Source: Eledone cirrhosa
Lineage: Eukaryota
Direction of reading: 5' to 3'
Assembly: GCA_964016885.1 (NCBI GenBank)
Contig: OZ024743.1
Coordinates: forward strand, 39,804,001 to 39,868,000
DNA length: 64,000 nucleotides
Shown here one piece after another: positions 13,324-29,260 of the stretch. A program made the translations under genes and the position numbers. The first letter of the stretch is position 1; every line of letters begins with the position of its first letter. The notes beneath the pieces were generated by a model, which saw only the letters and a list, made by a program, of their open reading frames with translations, did not search any database and had not been told where the DNA came from.

Positions 13324-13911
13324 TTTCGATTAATCAATAATGATATGTAATATTGAAAGCAAAGACAGACAGTGAGGTCGATTATATCGATGCCAGTGCT
13401 TGATTTGTACTTTACTTTATCGAGCTCGGAAGGTTAAAATGCAAAGTTGACCGTTGGAATATGAAACCTGAATATATTTGACCATAACCAAATACCGCAA
13501 TATATATTGCCCTATATTTTAACGAGTTAGTCAATCCAACACCCTAATGGACTAATAAATAATACTATAATAATTTAAGGTTCCCTGAAATTAATATAAC
13601 AACTAAGGATTTATTTTTCACCCTTCAGCATATAAAGCAACTCTTATAGCAAGATATGTTTTCAATGTTTCTTGCTTAATATTTTTCAATCTAGTTCTGT
13701 AGTGGCTGTTGGTGTATTAGGTAGCTTATTAGTATGTGTGAAATGTTTTCGCGTGGCTTTACGATATATTTTGTTTAAAGTTAGTTTATAAATCTTTACC
13801 ATTAATCATACACACACACGCACACACAACCCCCCCCCCATACATACACACACACACATATATATATATATATTTATATATATATATATATATATATTAA
13901 TATATTTTAAA

Positions 13912-13964
<53 letters not shown>

Positions 13965-14022
13965 CGTGCCTGTGTGTTTTTGAGAATGTGTGAGTATGTG
14001 ATGACGGTGTATATATATATAT

Positions 14023-14128
<106 letters not shown>

Positions 14129-14616
14129 TAATTTGACACTACATAGTCTGATAACAGCTGACTGATTTCCTTTCGCTTTCCAGTATCTTATTTACGGCAG
14201 ACCTAATGAACTGCAGAAAAGGTGAATATAACAGTCAGGCTTTATTGATACGTGTGTACCAAACTGACGCCGATATAATAACCACAGTAATTAATTGTTA
14301 TGCATATGAAATAACTTTAAAATGACCTCCCAGATGACCTCCCAAACTTAAATAATCACTAGGGAATATTTTAGCTTTTATATATCTATTTTTTTTAAGT
14401 GTCTTGTTTACTTTTCACTATTCTGTGTAATTTTCTTGTTTTTTTGTTTTCCATTTATTATTTGGTAAATTGAACTGGTGATTTATAACACTTATCGAAT
14501 AAAAAGAAATAGAAACACCATGCCAACCGTCACTTCTGGCATAAACATAAAACAACAGGTATGGATTAAAAAAAAACAAAAAATAAATCGCCCACACTTA
14601 CATATACGTATACGCA

Positions 14617-14656
<40 letters not shown>

Positions 14657-14867
14657 TTGAAACTAGCATATAAGAGGCAACACACGGCCTGGTCTGTCTT
14701 TACTAGTAATCCTCCTTTCCTTTTCTACCGCTTCCTGTCATTATTCTGCTTAGCTTAAGCTCTAGCGTAGCGATCCATTCTTCGAGGATAACACATGTAA
14801 CATTCTTTCCTAACTGTACCAAACTTCACTTCACACAACGAAAATGATGGTAACACTTGTAATATAA

Positions 14868-14904
<37 letters not shown>

Positions 14905-14905
14905 T

Positions 14906-14980
<75 letters not shown>

Positions 14981-15554
14981 GAGAGAGAGAGTGAGAAAGT
15001 AGACGAATATTGTAGTTTGCTTGAAGAAATTAAGGTGAAACAAGATGTACGTTACTTTATTTATTCATATATACTTACATTTCGAGATGGAGGGGCCCGA
15101 GTTCGATAAAAGCATGCTGCTGGAATTTGTGGCAGAAAGCTGAGGGGGAAGGGATGATAATCGTTTCTCTTATTCTTAAAGGGAATGAAATATGTAGCAT
15201 TAAAACTGACGGCCGAGTAACATTTTAGTAGAAAAAGGAATATCGTTGAACGGGGATTATTCCTTGCCCCTTAAAAAAAATAGGTCTTCATTTAACGAAA
15301 ATGTATACTTGATTCTAAGGACCTTTCATACTAAGTTTGAACATGATTTGGTTACTGGCTTTTTAGTGCATTTATAACAACCATATCAACAAAGAAACAC
15401 ACACAGGCAAGGGTTGACGGACCCAGCATATTTATCAATGCCAGTACCGGTTGTATCTCAGCGCACTCAATGAGCAATGTGAGATACATTACCAGAGTAT
15501 ACACATAGTTATTTTCCTCAACACAACACACGTCAAACGGGTGCCTATAAGGTT

Positions 15555-15664
15555 TCCGGACTCGAGTTTCTGCCGCACTAATGCAGCAGTAAGGTGCACT
15601 GCACCATCTGTCTGCATATATTATGCAACAATGCACAATCAGCTTATTCGGCTTCATCAGCGGA
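15555..15664 (-). ncRNA. Type-I hammerhead, family N, extended stem II
   Basis: Minus strand: tccg-CTGATGA-a gccg...cggc a-GAAA-ctcgag-TC-cgga; palindromic stem III; GUC triplet. Confidence 0.75.
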
Positions 15665-17569
15665 TATCGCCTAATCAATAACCAATGGATAAACATAATC
15701 CAAACACCGGCCCATGCCGGTCATGACTGTTTGTGACAACCGACACGGTAAAGCGATTAGCAACTGGCAACGGATATCTCTCAACCGATATCTCTCAACT
15801 AGCCACTGATTTACACATTTTACTTGGGAACGGGAAGCTAAAAAGAATCAATCTTTTAGTTCCTGTCAGAAGCCCTCACCCAACGTGTCTCACACACAAA
15901 TTATCAAAGGGGGAAAAGATGACTATTAGAAATAGCAGTTCACATTGATATAAAATAGAATGGTAGCATTCGGTTCATGTCTCCAATCCCCATGGTTAGA
16001 GGAAAGCGATGGTAACCATGGTAGTGCCAAGAACCTTTAACGGACTTTAAATGCGATCATCCATTATATAATAATATAGTAGCGGGCTGAAATGTGTCAG
16101 CCACGTGCGTAGATAACCAGTCTAATTCACAACTTAAAAGAGTGAGAGACAAAATTAATATATATAATTGGTATTGGATGCTTACAGCGTCCGTATGCGG
16201 TATGCCGTTTGAGCACTCTATGCCCTCATAGAGCAGAGTATGATGTCACATAAAAAAGGAAAATCAGTTTCGTAGAATGAAGGCGTATCTGAGGACCTTG
16301 CGACTGTCAGAGTCAGGTTCAATCATCACATCGATCGTGCCTCGAGCTGGTCGCCAGAGAAACGATTGTAATATGGCCAATAAATTCCATTCGTCGCAAC
16401 ACGGACTCTCTTTTTTTCGTGATATATATATATATATATATATATTAATTAAAGTATGTGTTAGTTTATCACCGACACTTTAGTATGCAGGCTAGAGCAC
16501 GCGACAAAGTACACATATCGATCTGTATATGTTATAGTATATTTATAATATAGTATATATATATAATCATAAAGTACATGGCAACAGGGTATAATTGATT
16601 TCGTGTATTCTTAATCGCTTTTATATATATTTTGCTAATAACCGTTATGCATCTGTTAGGATTTCATCAGACAGCTAGTAGTTGAACAAAAAGAAAAAAG
16701 AAAGAAAACAGAAAAAAACATAAAGAAGGAATAAAGAAGAAATAAAGCTGACATCTGCTTACAGAATTGAGGGTGGAATAATGGGTTATGTCAATCTATC
16801 TCATCAACAGTAACACCAGCATACATCAAGAAGCGAATGCATACGCTGAAGCTACTTGTGAAATACCCGTCTTGTGGCTGACTTACTTGCATCATATTCT
16901 TGAACTGGTTTTGTACAGATTTTTCCGATATTTTTTCCAATAAACTGGACCCAGTATCCCAACCTTGCAAATATTCCAGGTATTTGGGAATTCCATCAAT
17001 AAGTCATATTATCAATCTAGCATGGGTGATAATGAGCGCATGGAAGTTTCCTCAAGCAAAAGAGGCAGGAGTTTGTTGAATATCTACTGACTGTAATGCT
17101 TTCTGGAGATCGTTCCTAAGGAGGGTAAGCTGAGTTCAAACAACTATCCTACGACGTTGGGAGTTTTAGAATAGGATATATTAAATGTGTTTCTATGAAA
17201 AAAGTTGTGATATTTATGTGATTAGCGAAAATGCATCCTAATTTAAGTTAGAAAACCTTTAGCTAATTGTGTGGCCACCTCCATATTATATAGTGGGTCT
17301 GATCGTGATTGTCAGAGTCTAAGCAAAGATAGGAAGACTGCAATATATGACCGAATTGCCATGTCTGATCCCTCTGAGTTGAGTAATATATCCCACATCA
17401 ATATGTAAACTAAAGTATAAAAATATGTTGTTATATGAAATAGGATGATAATTGATTAAATTATTCCTCAAATTGTCGTGTTCCTCATCCTCGTTTTATC
17501 CGCGTCTTTCTTTACCTTCTTCAACGGCATCAAGAGATCAGCGTTGTTATATATATCGACATTATCCTC

Positions 17570-17800
17570 ATATTTCCCTTCATCATCACCTACATCATGT
17601 TCATCTTGAACAGCCGCAAGAGTACATCATCGTCATCATCTACAAAATCTGTTATAGTATCACCAACGCCCCATATTTATAAGAATTATGAAAATCATCT
17701 CCCCATCGTAGTTTTCATCATCACCATCATCATCATCATTATCATCATCATCATAACCATCATCATCATCATCCTTATCATTATAATCGTAATCCCCATC
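17570..17800. repeat. Degenerate (CAT)n low-complexity tract
   Basis: Read directly; a similar tract lies at ~25420-26065. Confidence 0.8.
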
Positions 17801-18186
17801 AGAATAAACAAAATCAAAAAAAGTTAGCAACATCCTCACCATTACGTTAACCCTCACACACATCTTCGCAACCATCTTTATCTCCATCATACACTTCAGA
17901 ATAACGTTAGTCCAAACTGATAAACATTCAGCTTCATACATTCCCGACGAAAGTATGATTGAATTTGGCTTTGTGGAGAAACAAGGTAGCTCCTTAATGC
18001 ATAAGAATGCCGTAATGTTTGGAATCTTAAAAACCGGTATAATATTCTTGTATGAACACTTACATAAGGAACGATGACATTTTCCTATTCTTTACAACCT
18101 TGCCGCAGGGAAATTTGCCGGTGAAAAATAAATTCTAAGTTAATAGAAGGGTGTGCACACGCACACTCACACACACAAACAGACAT

Positions 18187-18291
<105 letters not shown>

Positions 18292-21200
18292 CATGAATTA
18301 GTATATACGTGCATGAGCGCTCACGTTATCGATACTATTTATAGAGTATAAAAACGGCGATAGCATCTACGAAACATGGCGATTTCTAATATATTTTAGT
18401 AAACCGAAAATAAACTGACGTTTCACAAGAACAATGGTACTCATACTATATTGAATATATATTATTTTTACATAGCTTTTTTTCTAGTCATTTTGTTAAT
18501 AATGAAATATTGTAAGTCAAGTTCAATAGCCCGTTCTGATTAATATCAATTAGTTTCAATTAATTCCATTCGACTTCGGTTTCGTTCACACCAATTCAAA
18601 ATTTAGCATTATAAATTCAATTACAGAGTGGATGAAGGTTGATATAAATCAGATTGATGTTAGTAATTATAAAGAGAATTAACCTCACAAGACATCGGTA
18701 CTATCCCATACTATATGAATAAACAAATAAAAATCATCAAATTTTCAATTATTTCATATATATATTGACACGTTTCTATTCTATTTTATTCATTTTTAAT
18801 TATTTCAATAATTAATTTTGATTAGTTTTTAAGAAAATAGAATGCACAAAATTCATTTTAACGAATTCGTTTTTGAAGAGAAATTGCAAGCTGAAATTTA
18901 GTCATATTACATTGGTTAGTATTTGTTCACCTTCATTTTCATTGAATTAATTACTAGATGTAAAAATACAAAATGTGAGACCATGTGACTACAAATTCGT
19001 TGAAGAATTATTGTCAGTGCATAGTTCAGTGGTTAATATATTCTTTATTCCCATGTCTTTCTGTCATTTGAAATACATAAAACATGTGGAAATATGCCGT
19101 TGTCCTTTTTAGAAATAAGAGGTCAAGCAGTCAACATCAGCTACAAGATCACTGCCATCGTATTCCTGCAGTAGCTAATTTAATTGATCTTAAATATATT
19201 GCAAATATTACACAGTTTCCTCTACTGAGGATGTAACTGTTGTTATCCCGTTACAATTATGGGTATCATCCCAATCCAGTAATTGAAATATTTATACAAA
19301 GGTCACTTGTATACCTAATACTGAGAAAGTTCTGTATACACCAAGAGCGAGATTCCGGATTCAGTCAGCAATCAAACACAACAGAATGGTTTCAAAAGGC
19401 CAGCAATTTCCATAGACGGGGAAATTTGATTAAATCGACTCTAGTACTTAACACGTACCTTATTTTATCGAGTCCAAATTAATGAAAAGAAACGTTGACG
19501 GTGACATAATTTGAACCAAAATCGTCCAAACGAATAGTGCAAATGATCTTATCCATTGCAGTAAAGATTCTACTAATCTATCACACATAGATCGAGCACA
19601 ACTCGATACAACTAAATAATATTTGGTTTGAGCTTGATAATAGATTAACCAAATCCCATTCCTCTGTAAGTTACTATATCCCAATAGTGTTGTGTCTAAT
19701 TTGGATGTTAGTAGATCAGGGATCACTAAGCATCTTAGACCATCATTCCTCACACCATCACGGTATTTTTGGACGCCAAAACTCATCGATCCCATGTACG
19801 TGCAAAAATAAATGAACCTGTATGCGCAATAATGACAAAATCTATATAAACCAGAAGCCTGTATCAGTATATTGCATTTCATGCTATTATTATGCGTGGT
19901 TTACTGTTTTATGGAAATGTAGGTTTTGGTCGGAACTTCGTTCGTCATTGCAGGTTGAAACCGCTACATTTGAAACATGCCTTGGGCGGCCCTTGAACGA
20001 CGAACTAGAACTCACCTTGAATCCAACCTCAAATGACATTTTACAGAAAATAATAGTTGTAAATTAGGATCATATTTATACTGTATCATTACATTGATCA
20101 TATTTTTTACCGATCATGTACCTAGTAAGAAAAAACATACAGCACAAGCATATTTTCTTAAGTTTAGTTTGAATACTATCAGCAGCATTTCCCTTGGACT
20201 TCGTCTGTGTGCTGAAGATGGGAAACACATAGGCATGGGTGATTTCTCGTCTATTACAAACCTCTCTGCCCATGCCTAAGGTTCGGTGGAGTACCCTATA
20301 GGTTTAACACGTAGTCAGCCAAGGCTTAAGGGGCAAACGGTAAACAAATACATCAGCACCATATAACATGACTAATACCAGACCCACGTTTTGAAACATT
20401 TACCAGAAATATGCTGTTTATTTAGACATTCAGTGGAATATAACACTTATCTTATAATATTTCGACATGTACAATTCCACTTCATTACATGAAAAATATA
20501 CAAAGATTATTGGAATTTTCATAGAAATGCTTTCTCATTTTCTACATATTTCTATAAAGGAATGAAACAAAACAAAAAAAAAATAATATTGAATATTTTC
20601 AATTCAATCTCACTCGATAGTTAATTGGATTTCTTAGTAGATGCTGTAGAATTGTATTGTGAATAGTTGTGTGAAACGCTGCTGAGAGACGTAATATATT
20701 TAATATCTCCTACACTAACTTCGCTAACTTATTTCTGAGCTTAGTGTGTCAACATAATTTGGCACAGTTGTCCGATAAATTCATTTGAACTACTAATGAC
20801 AGAGGCAGAATCTTTGCCATGTGTTATAGCCATAGTTTATGTCAAATAATAGACACTGCCTATAGCTTCTATATACTTTCGAAAGAAATCTCGAATATCA
20901 AACGTTTTCATAATATCTCTTTCACATTATATAGATCGTTTTGGAACTGGGATTCATGCATAGAATCGTAAGGGAAGGTATTCAAATAAATATAAGCAAT
21001 GTAAGCAGATTCGTTTCATAAAAGTGGGGAGGGGTTCGACCCATTTGTTTAAAAATATTTAACATTTATTACCTCTCTTTTTTCCAAACGATAGATCTAA
21101 ATAAATGTTAGCCTAGGAAATAGGTATTAGATACGTCAGCTAGTAAAACGATCGCGTACAATGTTTAAGGCAACTAAAATAGACATGATCACATAAGGCC

Positions 21201-23893
21201 CGCATCCAAGAATATTTATTATGGTCAGATGGTTTGAGATAGAATACACTCTAAAAGAGGCAACACATTATAGGGTGCCGTTAAGCTAAATGACGGGTTA
21301 AATCCAGTAGCCATATTGGCAAAGGCAGATTTTGAAATCAGTAAATCAGCCGGAATGGAACTCAAAAGCATCTGGTTTGAGAACTCTAAACAATTTCACT
21401 ACTAGTTCCTTTGTGTTGGTATTTCATTTCATATACCTCAACAGAATTAACGCTAAAATTAAAATTGGTAGGAATTGAAATCAGCACCAATGCTTTACAC
21501 TATAGTTATGACGCTGCTAATTATTCTTTATGTGTAAAGTACAGATATCTGGTATCTTGCTTACCATGTTTATTGAAATGCTTTGGTGGTCATTTATCAT
21601 GTGTATATTTCTTCGTTTAGGCTTCGTTTCAAATCTCTATTAATTTGTCAATTATAATATAAGTTTATTAATTAGTGAATGTGGAGAGAACAAACTATAC
21701 TACAAGTAATCACGAGACAATTTCTAACGTGATATCAGGCTAAGGTTAGCTATAGCATATTGCTTTTCTAATTATATTGAATGATAGTCCATTTTAGGAC
21801 AAACACCGACTTTTCATATGAAAATAAATTTGAAAGATCCTCCGTCCAATTTAATGATGATCAGTCAGGCATGCTATTTGGGAGATAAAATATAAGTAAG
21901 AGGGCATTTCATATACATATATTCCCGAAATGTAATTTCTAAGCATTTCAGTGTTACATATATGGCAAGTGTTGACATTTGAATGACAGAAACAACACAG
22001 ATTCTGTCTAGCCAGTTACACTCAGAAAGCCTGGGTCGAACCTGGGCTATAATAAATAAAATCGTCCAACATGGCGGGTAATGCAATTGAAACATATCCT
22101 TATGATTGTGAATTGAATTTCTTAACAAATTTGACATTCTATTTCTACAGAATATATTCGTTGTTTGATGTAATTCGGAGTAGCAATACCCCACATACGA
22201 AGATATATATGTTACATGTGGTGTATCTGTGTTATATAGGAGAGAAATGTAACATCGATTTCATTGTTCCATTGTCGTTATAAAATTATCAATGGTATTA
22301 AATTCGGTAAGAAAAGAGTGTCAAATAGACGGGGTTACCAAATATTTAACGTAGGTTTTCTTTCTCAGTTCAAAGTCTTGATGTTATTCTTTCCTTTTCT
22401 AGCTTGTGAATCAATAAAAAAACATAGCATCTCAGAACAGTTGTAGCCTCATGCCATAGTTCTAACGTCCTGTATGTTTTAATTGCTTATTGCCAGATAA
22501 TGTTTGTCTCTATCTGCGACTACAAAGACACCTAAGCAATCATTAAAAGCATGTTACATAACACAGACTCCTTCTCCTTCAAGTGATTGCTCGTGTCTTT
22601 TTTTTTTTTATTTGGTGGGACTTACTCATAAAAATACTTTGTAAGTTAATTAAATGTTTCAAATTTAAGCACAAGTGCTGCAATCTTTTGGGAAGGAAAT
22701 AGATTAGAATTACTAGATTTCGTAAATGGTTATTTATTCTATTGACCCTAGGATTATGAAAGGAAAAGGTGACCTCGGCAGGAACGTAGGAATTAAATCA
22801 TTGTAACTAAATAACATGCGATTTCTACGAAGATTTAACGGTTCTGCCAATTTCTCACCAACGTGATTTTTTAGTAGGCACCGTGGAAACACCTATATAT
22901 AATATATAATTCAATAGCTATCTGGTTGCACACTAAGATCATGAGATGAGCCTAACGTCTTGGAGTGGAGTATTAACAGGCTATTGTAAGTACACTATTT
23001 TCAACCAGTACTTTATGTTCAGGGACTAGACGTCTCTCTTGGTTTGCAACAATGGAAATACATTTCGAAATATATAATCCAGTGACATGGTTTTTAAACG
23101 TGTAATGATAGTGAAGGATCGAGACCTCTTACAAGAAATATAATTTATATTTTCATTAATGTTATGTCAATAGAATTGGAACACTTAGACTTTCGGAAAT
23201 CATAAATTATGTAAAAAAGAAACGCATAAAGTTGATCCCCCATAGCGGACCAACAAAACCCTGTTTGCTTGTGTAATTATATTGATAATACTGTCGGTTG
23301 GTCGAAGTACTTATGGAAAGCATTAAATCTTTTCTGGAACTCAGAAAGCACATAGCCGAAACAGATACCCAATACAGCACAGCTAGTCTTCATATCTTCC
23401 ATCGATATTCTCTATGAACTGGTATATTATTTCCAGACCCTAAAAGAATGAAAACAAATTTTACCTCAGTGATTTGAAATCAGAGCGCAGAGAACCAGGA
23501 CAGACACTGTAAACCATTCATTCAATCCTAGTTATGAACTATTCCTTTACTCCACTGCCCCACAGACTTACATTTTATGTCTATGGGTTGAACTCACCTG
23601 AACAAATACAGAGTCATTTAATCCGTCGCCTCTAACGATTCTGCTTATTCACCAACATTGAAATATGAAACAAAGGCTTTTTAACTGAGAACATATGCCA
23701 TTAAATATTTGATATTACTATAGTTTCTACGTGAGCATTGACAACAGGCTTAAAGAGTGAAAGCTGTTAACATATGAAAATTATTTCATAACACAGCAAC
23801 ACATACCATATAAACTGATGAAGTAAATCCATCTGCAACATTATTCCAGTATTCTTCATAATATACGGCTTCTGTTATATATATATATATATA

Positions 23894-24915
23894 CTGATAA
23901 ATCCACCAATTAATGGTAGGATCCCAAGCCGTTTGAAGAACTCAATGTAATCCGTATGTAGATGTCGTGAAGCAAAGTTTAAAATACATAATTTCAACGA
24001 TATAATTCCTTGGAAGCAGAGTCAAAATAATGCAAATAGTGATAAGAATGAAATTAAGCAAAATACGGTTAATTCATGGTAAAACTCATTATTTTACGAT
24101 CGTTACTGGGGGAGGGGGGTAGTACTCCGTATGGTCATTCTATTAGTGATCTATGTAAAATATATTACAAATTATCAAAGTAAGAAAATATATACAAGTC
24201 TTTTTAATGAGATTTCTTATTCGAAAATAAAATTCCCTACAAGTAAAACTTCATTCTGACCATTCTAACACAATACTATACTTACAAAAATATTATTATT
24301 GTCTTACCTATATATTTTTTGTATCTACTTTTTACTTTTCTTTGATTCCATCTATATTCCTCTACTTGTTCTATTTTTAGAACAAATTATTCCTCTTCAA
24401 CAAAGAAATAACAAATATTTAGGATTGTTCTATACTATTCTACTGAATATCTGCACCCCTTTTCCTCCAACTTTAATCTTCCTTGACCGTCCACACGTTT
24501 CTGAAATTTCTATACAGTTTGTCTAAATTCCTTTACACTCACAACTCTCTTATCTTAAAGGTCATTCGATACTTGATACCCTGACTGCTAATGTATTCAT
24601 CTACTACTACCAGCTTAATGATCTCTACTGCCCCTCCAACTTTTACTATTGGTCAATCTCAACCTTATTCTTAAAAGGTTACTTATTCAGACTTGTTTTA
24701 AGTTCTTCAATAAAGAAAACTCGTTATTTCTGAAGACGGCGGGTAGAGAAGACGTATGTATATTTTCTTACTTTGATAATTTGTAATATATTTTACACAG
24801 ATCACTAATAGAATGAACATACGGAGAAATACCCCCCAGAAACGATCGTAAAATAATGTGTTTTACTCTGAATTACCCGTATTTTGTTTAATTTCATTGT
24901 TTTCACTATTTGTAT

Positions 24916-24918
<3 letters not shown>
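23894..24918. mobile_element. Family L hairpin element
   Basis: ~24028-24200 is the reverse complement of ~24744-24918; extra tail 23894-24027; (TA)n on both sides. Confidence 0.75.
24722..24858 (+). ncRNA. Type-I hammerhead, family L, ~100 nt stem II domain
   Basis: cgttattt-CTGAAGA-c ggcgggta...tacccccc a-GAAA-cgatcg-TA-aaataatg; 8-bp stem I; palindromic stem III. Confidence 0.75.
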
Positions 24919-24947
<29 letters not shown>

Positions 24948-27900
24948 TATATGAATATGTACATATCATTGTATGTGTATATGTGTGTGTCTGTGTGTAT
25001 GTATGATTGTACACACACACATATATATATATATTATATGCATAGAGGTGCACTCTTGCATGCATACATACGTGTTGACATACATACATATATACACATA
25101 TAAACATATACCTAGATACATATGTACCAACATCAGAGACCTAGCTGCTTCTTATCTGATACCTACGTCCACATTAGTACGAGGACAGAATACTGATTAG
25201 TTTAAGTTCAGTTATTCTAACTTTACGGTGTTATTAACAAGAAATGTTATTACTAAGGGGAAAATCAATATTTTGGAAGACGATGCTATGAATCTGATGA
25301 AATTTAATTACATGAAATATGGTGGAGAGGGCAAATGTGGTTTCACCCCCATCGACGTTTTTCAACAATTGCATGGAGCAATCATCGTCAAAATACTCAT
25401 CACTATGGACACATAGATTCAAATCATCATCATGTTAAACGTAATCCTAATCATCAGCACTACCACCATTATCCATCTTGCCGCTATTATCACCACAACA
25501 CCTCAACCACTTCTACCGCCAACAACCTACTACACATCATTTATCTCTCCATATCTCATGCACCACCACCCCTTCAAATCGTAATGGCATCTCCAACGTC
25601 ATCACTACAACCATCAGATCCATATCCCCCACTACATCAACCACCGCCACATCAATCACCACCACCAGATTTAACTACTACTATCATTATGACCATCATG
25701 ATTACCCTCATCTTATAGACCACCATCCCCGTTGTCATGGTCACTAACCCCTATACCCTACCACTGCCAGCACTAACACCATTTCGACAGTGTCATCAAC
25801 ATCATGATCAACGTCACAACGAACACCGTAACACGAAAACTGTCACTTAAAATACCACCAATATCATCAACACTATGACTTATTTTCCGGCATCAGTCAT
25901 CACCAGCATCAATGCCATCACCACCAGTACATCCCTCACTACAACCAAAACATCTCTTACCACAGCCACCAGTTCTCTCACCGCAAACAGCATGTCCCCC
26001 CCCCTTACAACCACATGCCTAGCTACCACCATCATCATCATTATCCTCATCACCATCATCAGTACAGATAGCCATGCTTGTTAATGCCTCCAACTGTCAA
26101 GAAATGAAGTTGATGAATAACCGATAGCAAGATATGTTGGGATACAATAAATACTATAATACACATATCTCATTGAATACCATCATAACCACCATATTCA
26201 TTTTAAAATAATCAATATCCACTTCTTCGTTAGCATTAAGATTTTCAATGTAACAAATTTATACATGACAACATATCTCTCCTTAAATCGCTGGTTGCAT
26301 GCATCACAACCATATACATCTTTACACGCTTTTACTTCTCTTTGCACATCTTTATTTACCCTTAAACATTCTTTGACATTCTTAACCATCCTTACACATT
26401 TTACATATTTGTTATACATCCTTACATATCCTTACATGTCATTAAGCTACGCAATTCAAGATAAAATGGAAATCATCTTGAAGCAACTAACTTGTACAAA
26501 AACTACACTAGTATCAGTAGAATAATTTTTTAATTTTTATTTTTCGTAATTTAGGCACAAGTCCAGCATGTTGTTGTTGGTGAGTGTCAATTAAACTGAA
26601 TCTATGATTGTCCATACCATTCTAGGATGCTGAACAAAACCATGACTACACCACTAATGTACCCATTACTTGACCGACGTAGAGACACAGTTTAATCAGT
26701 CTGAGATGCAAATCTTCAACGTACTTGACAATGTTACACATTAAAGCAACTTCCAACAAATTATACTGTGGATCTACTAATATATATTACAACACATGTA
26801 TTCAATTACAACACTAAATACAATGTACAGAAACATATTGGAAGTTTCATTTAAACATAAATTATATGCAACATTTTAATGAGTAGATGTTGTCTATAAC
26901 ATATTCGTAATGGTCAGGATGTTCTATGCAGGATCATAAGGTCACAAGATTGACTTCTGTGGTGCGTTGCGGCAAGCAATATATTTCCCGTTGCTTCAGT
27001 TCAGGCAAAAATGAATTTTATTTAGATTTGGAAGTGCACGCCTTGACACACAGCATGTCACACTGAGACTCCTCAAGAATTCAGTTAAGTTTGAAGGGAT
27101 CTGTGTAGTGTTCTCCCACAAGCATATTGATATCACGAGCAGATTGTTCCCTTGATTCAAAATACTGTAGTAGACTTCGTCGGCAACGAAGAACATCAAA
27201 CACACTGACACACGCACTCACTCCCCGCACATAATCATCTTGCTCATTTATTTTTATAAATACTCCCGAATGCCACCTGGCAGCGTCATTTCTCCCTTTT
27301 AATAATTACCGATACCTCACCTGCCAAATTTCGGAGTAAGCAGTTTTCAGTGTATTCTCATTCTGTCTTTCTAGCTCTCACTCTCTCTCTCTACCTATCA
27401 TTCTCTATCTCTCACTCCGTCTCTCCCCCTCCTCTATCTCTCTCACTCTCTCTTTCTGCAGCGTTTATCCACAGAATATTGTTCTGACATCACACCTTCC
27501 TTGTGAAATATTGTTGTTAACCAGTATACAGTTCTATATGTCTAAGCTGGTGATGTACAATTGCAATAGTATGAAACCTGGGAGCTTAAACGTTTAGAAT
27601 GAGTAAACTTGATAAATGTATGTACCTCAAATGGCTATAGTAACAACGTTTGTTTTCATGTATTAGTGTATCAAATATTACTCTCAAATGAACAGTTATA
27701 TCTTATGGTCATTTAAAATAGTACAGAGAGTACCATTCACTGAATACAAAAATTATATTCAAGTATTTATAAATTTATTTCCTGCGCAATGTATTTGTAT
27801 ATAATCCGATGAAGCCGAATAACATAATTCATAGTTACAAATAGGAATTAATTATGCTGCAATCATTACCAAATTAACAAAAAAAATATTATTCCATTCG

Positions 27901-28287
27901 AAAGTAAGGCCTCATTTCCCTTATAATCTATTTGATTTTCATTTTATCAGTAACAGCATTGACAACGTTGATAAAACATAATTTAGAAAATGTTATTTGT
28001 TAAATCTTCAGGTGTTTTTTTTATGGTTGAAACTAACATGTGACATTTAGAATCATGGGTATTTTACATTTAGATGTTAATATGATTAATATTGGCAAAT
28101 TGTTCGTGTAGCAGTAAAATGATATCTTCTGAATATATTTGCAAGATATGTTTACTGAAATACACTCATCTAAATGCAACTATAAAGCAAGAATACACCA
28201 TATATATTATCAAACAATTTGAACTACATACAAAGATACATATATATATATATATTTCCAAGTGGTATATAATGTACAACACACGCA

Positions 28288-28378
<91 letters not shown>

Positions 28379-28393
28379 CGTCTCTCTCTCTCC

Positions 28394-28427
<34 letters not shown>

Positions 28428-28699
28428 CTCCCTCTCTCCCTTTCTCACTCACTTTACACACACATTTGTGATTTCAATTCCTTCAACCAGACACTTTATT
28501 CCACATTATTCCTTCTGCCTGGATTTGCCACCATAGATAATATTAGCAATTGTCAAGACTAATGGAAGCATTGTTTCCACGGTCCAATTTCACTAGTTCC
28601 ACCCCACTTGTTAAACGAATGAGGTCTGGGATCCTGTCGATTGACTGACGATATGTATAAATATGTGTGTGTGTGTGTGTGTGTTTGTGTGTAGTGATG

Positions 28700-29260
28700 G
28701 TTTGGCAATGAAACATGACCTTGTTTTCCCTGTGATGGAGTTTGTGGCCTATAGGCCACAGTGTGAATAGCATTGACCATCTATCCCAATTCTTGTAGTG
28801 TATGGTCTATTAGGATGATTTTATCGGCGAAATCTATGTAGTATAGTATTTCACCAGCTATGGTGTTGCCTTCTTCCAGTTGACTGTGTTGCTGATGGCA
28901 TCGCGTACACAAGATGTAACCTTTCTGTTACCTCACTTTCTTGCTCCTCTTTCTAATTTGATTTGTGGCTGTGTTAGTGTACTTTGAGAATGAATGAAGC
29001 CCCATTGTAAAGATACTTTAGTATTTTGATGCGAGCAAATAATAGGGTGAACTCAAATGAGTCAAATCCCTTTTCATAATTGACGAAGGTGAAGCAGACA
29101 GGGAAGTTTTATTCGTTTGTATTTTCTTGTAGTTGACTTACTATCTGGATATGGTCTATTGTTGATAATCCTGGCCTCAATTTCGTTTGCCCTCTTGGTT
29201 GGTGGAATTGTAATGTACCGAGAAACCTGAGTAGGATGTATGAACACAGATTATGAATGA
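28700..29260 (-). mobile_element. Degenerate RTE-like LINE RT fragment
   Basis: GLSTIDHIQIVSQLQE; PVCFTFVNYEKGFDS; IDFADKIILI. Confidence 0.65.

Noticed and set aside
14199-14240. gac-CTAATGA...GAAT...gtc
   Set aside because: Several core mismatches; cannot be distinguished from chance.
16580-16678. Minus-strand CTGATGA...GAAA
   Set aside because: No convincing stem I or stem II pairing.
19890-20060. Mariner-like peptide hints (WF...GRP); similar hints near 27090-27200
   Set aside because: Too short and degenerate; no TIRs seen.
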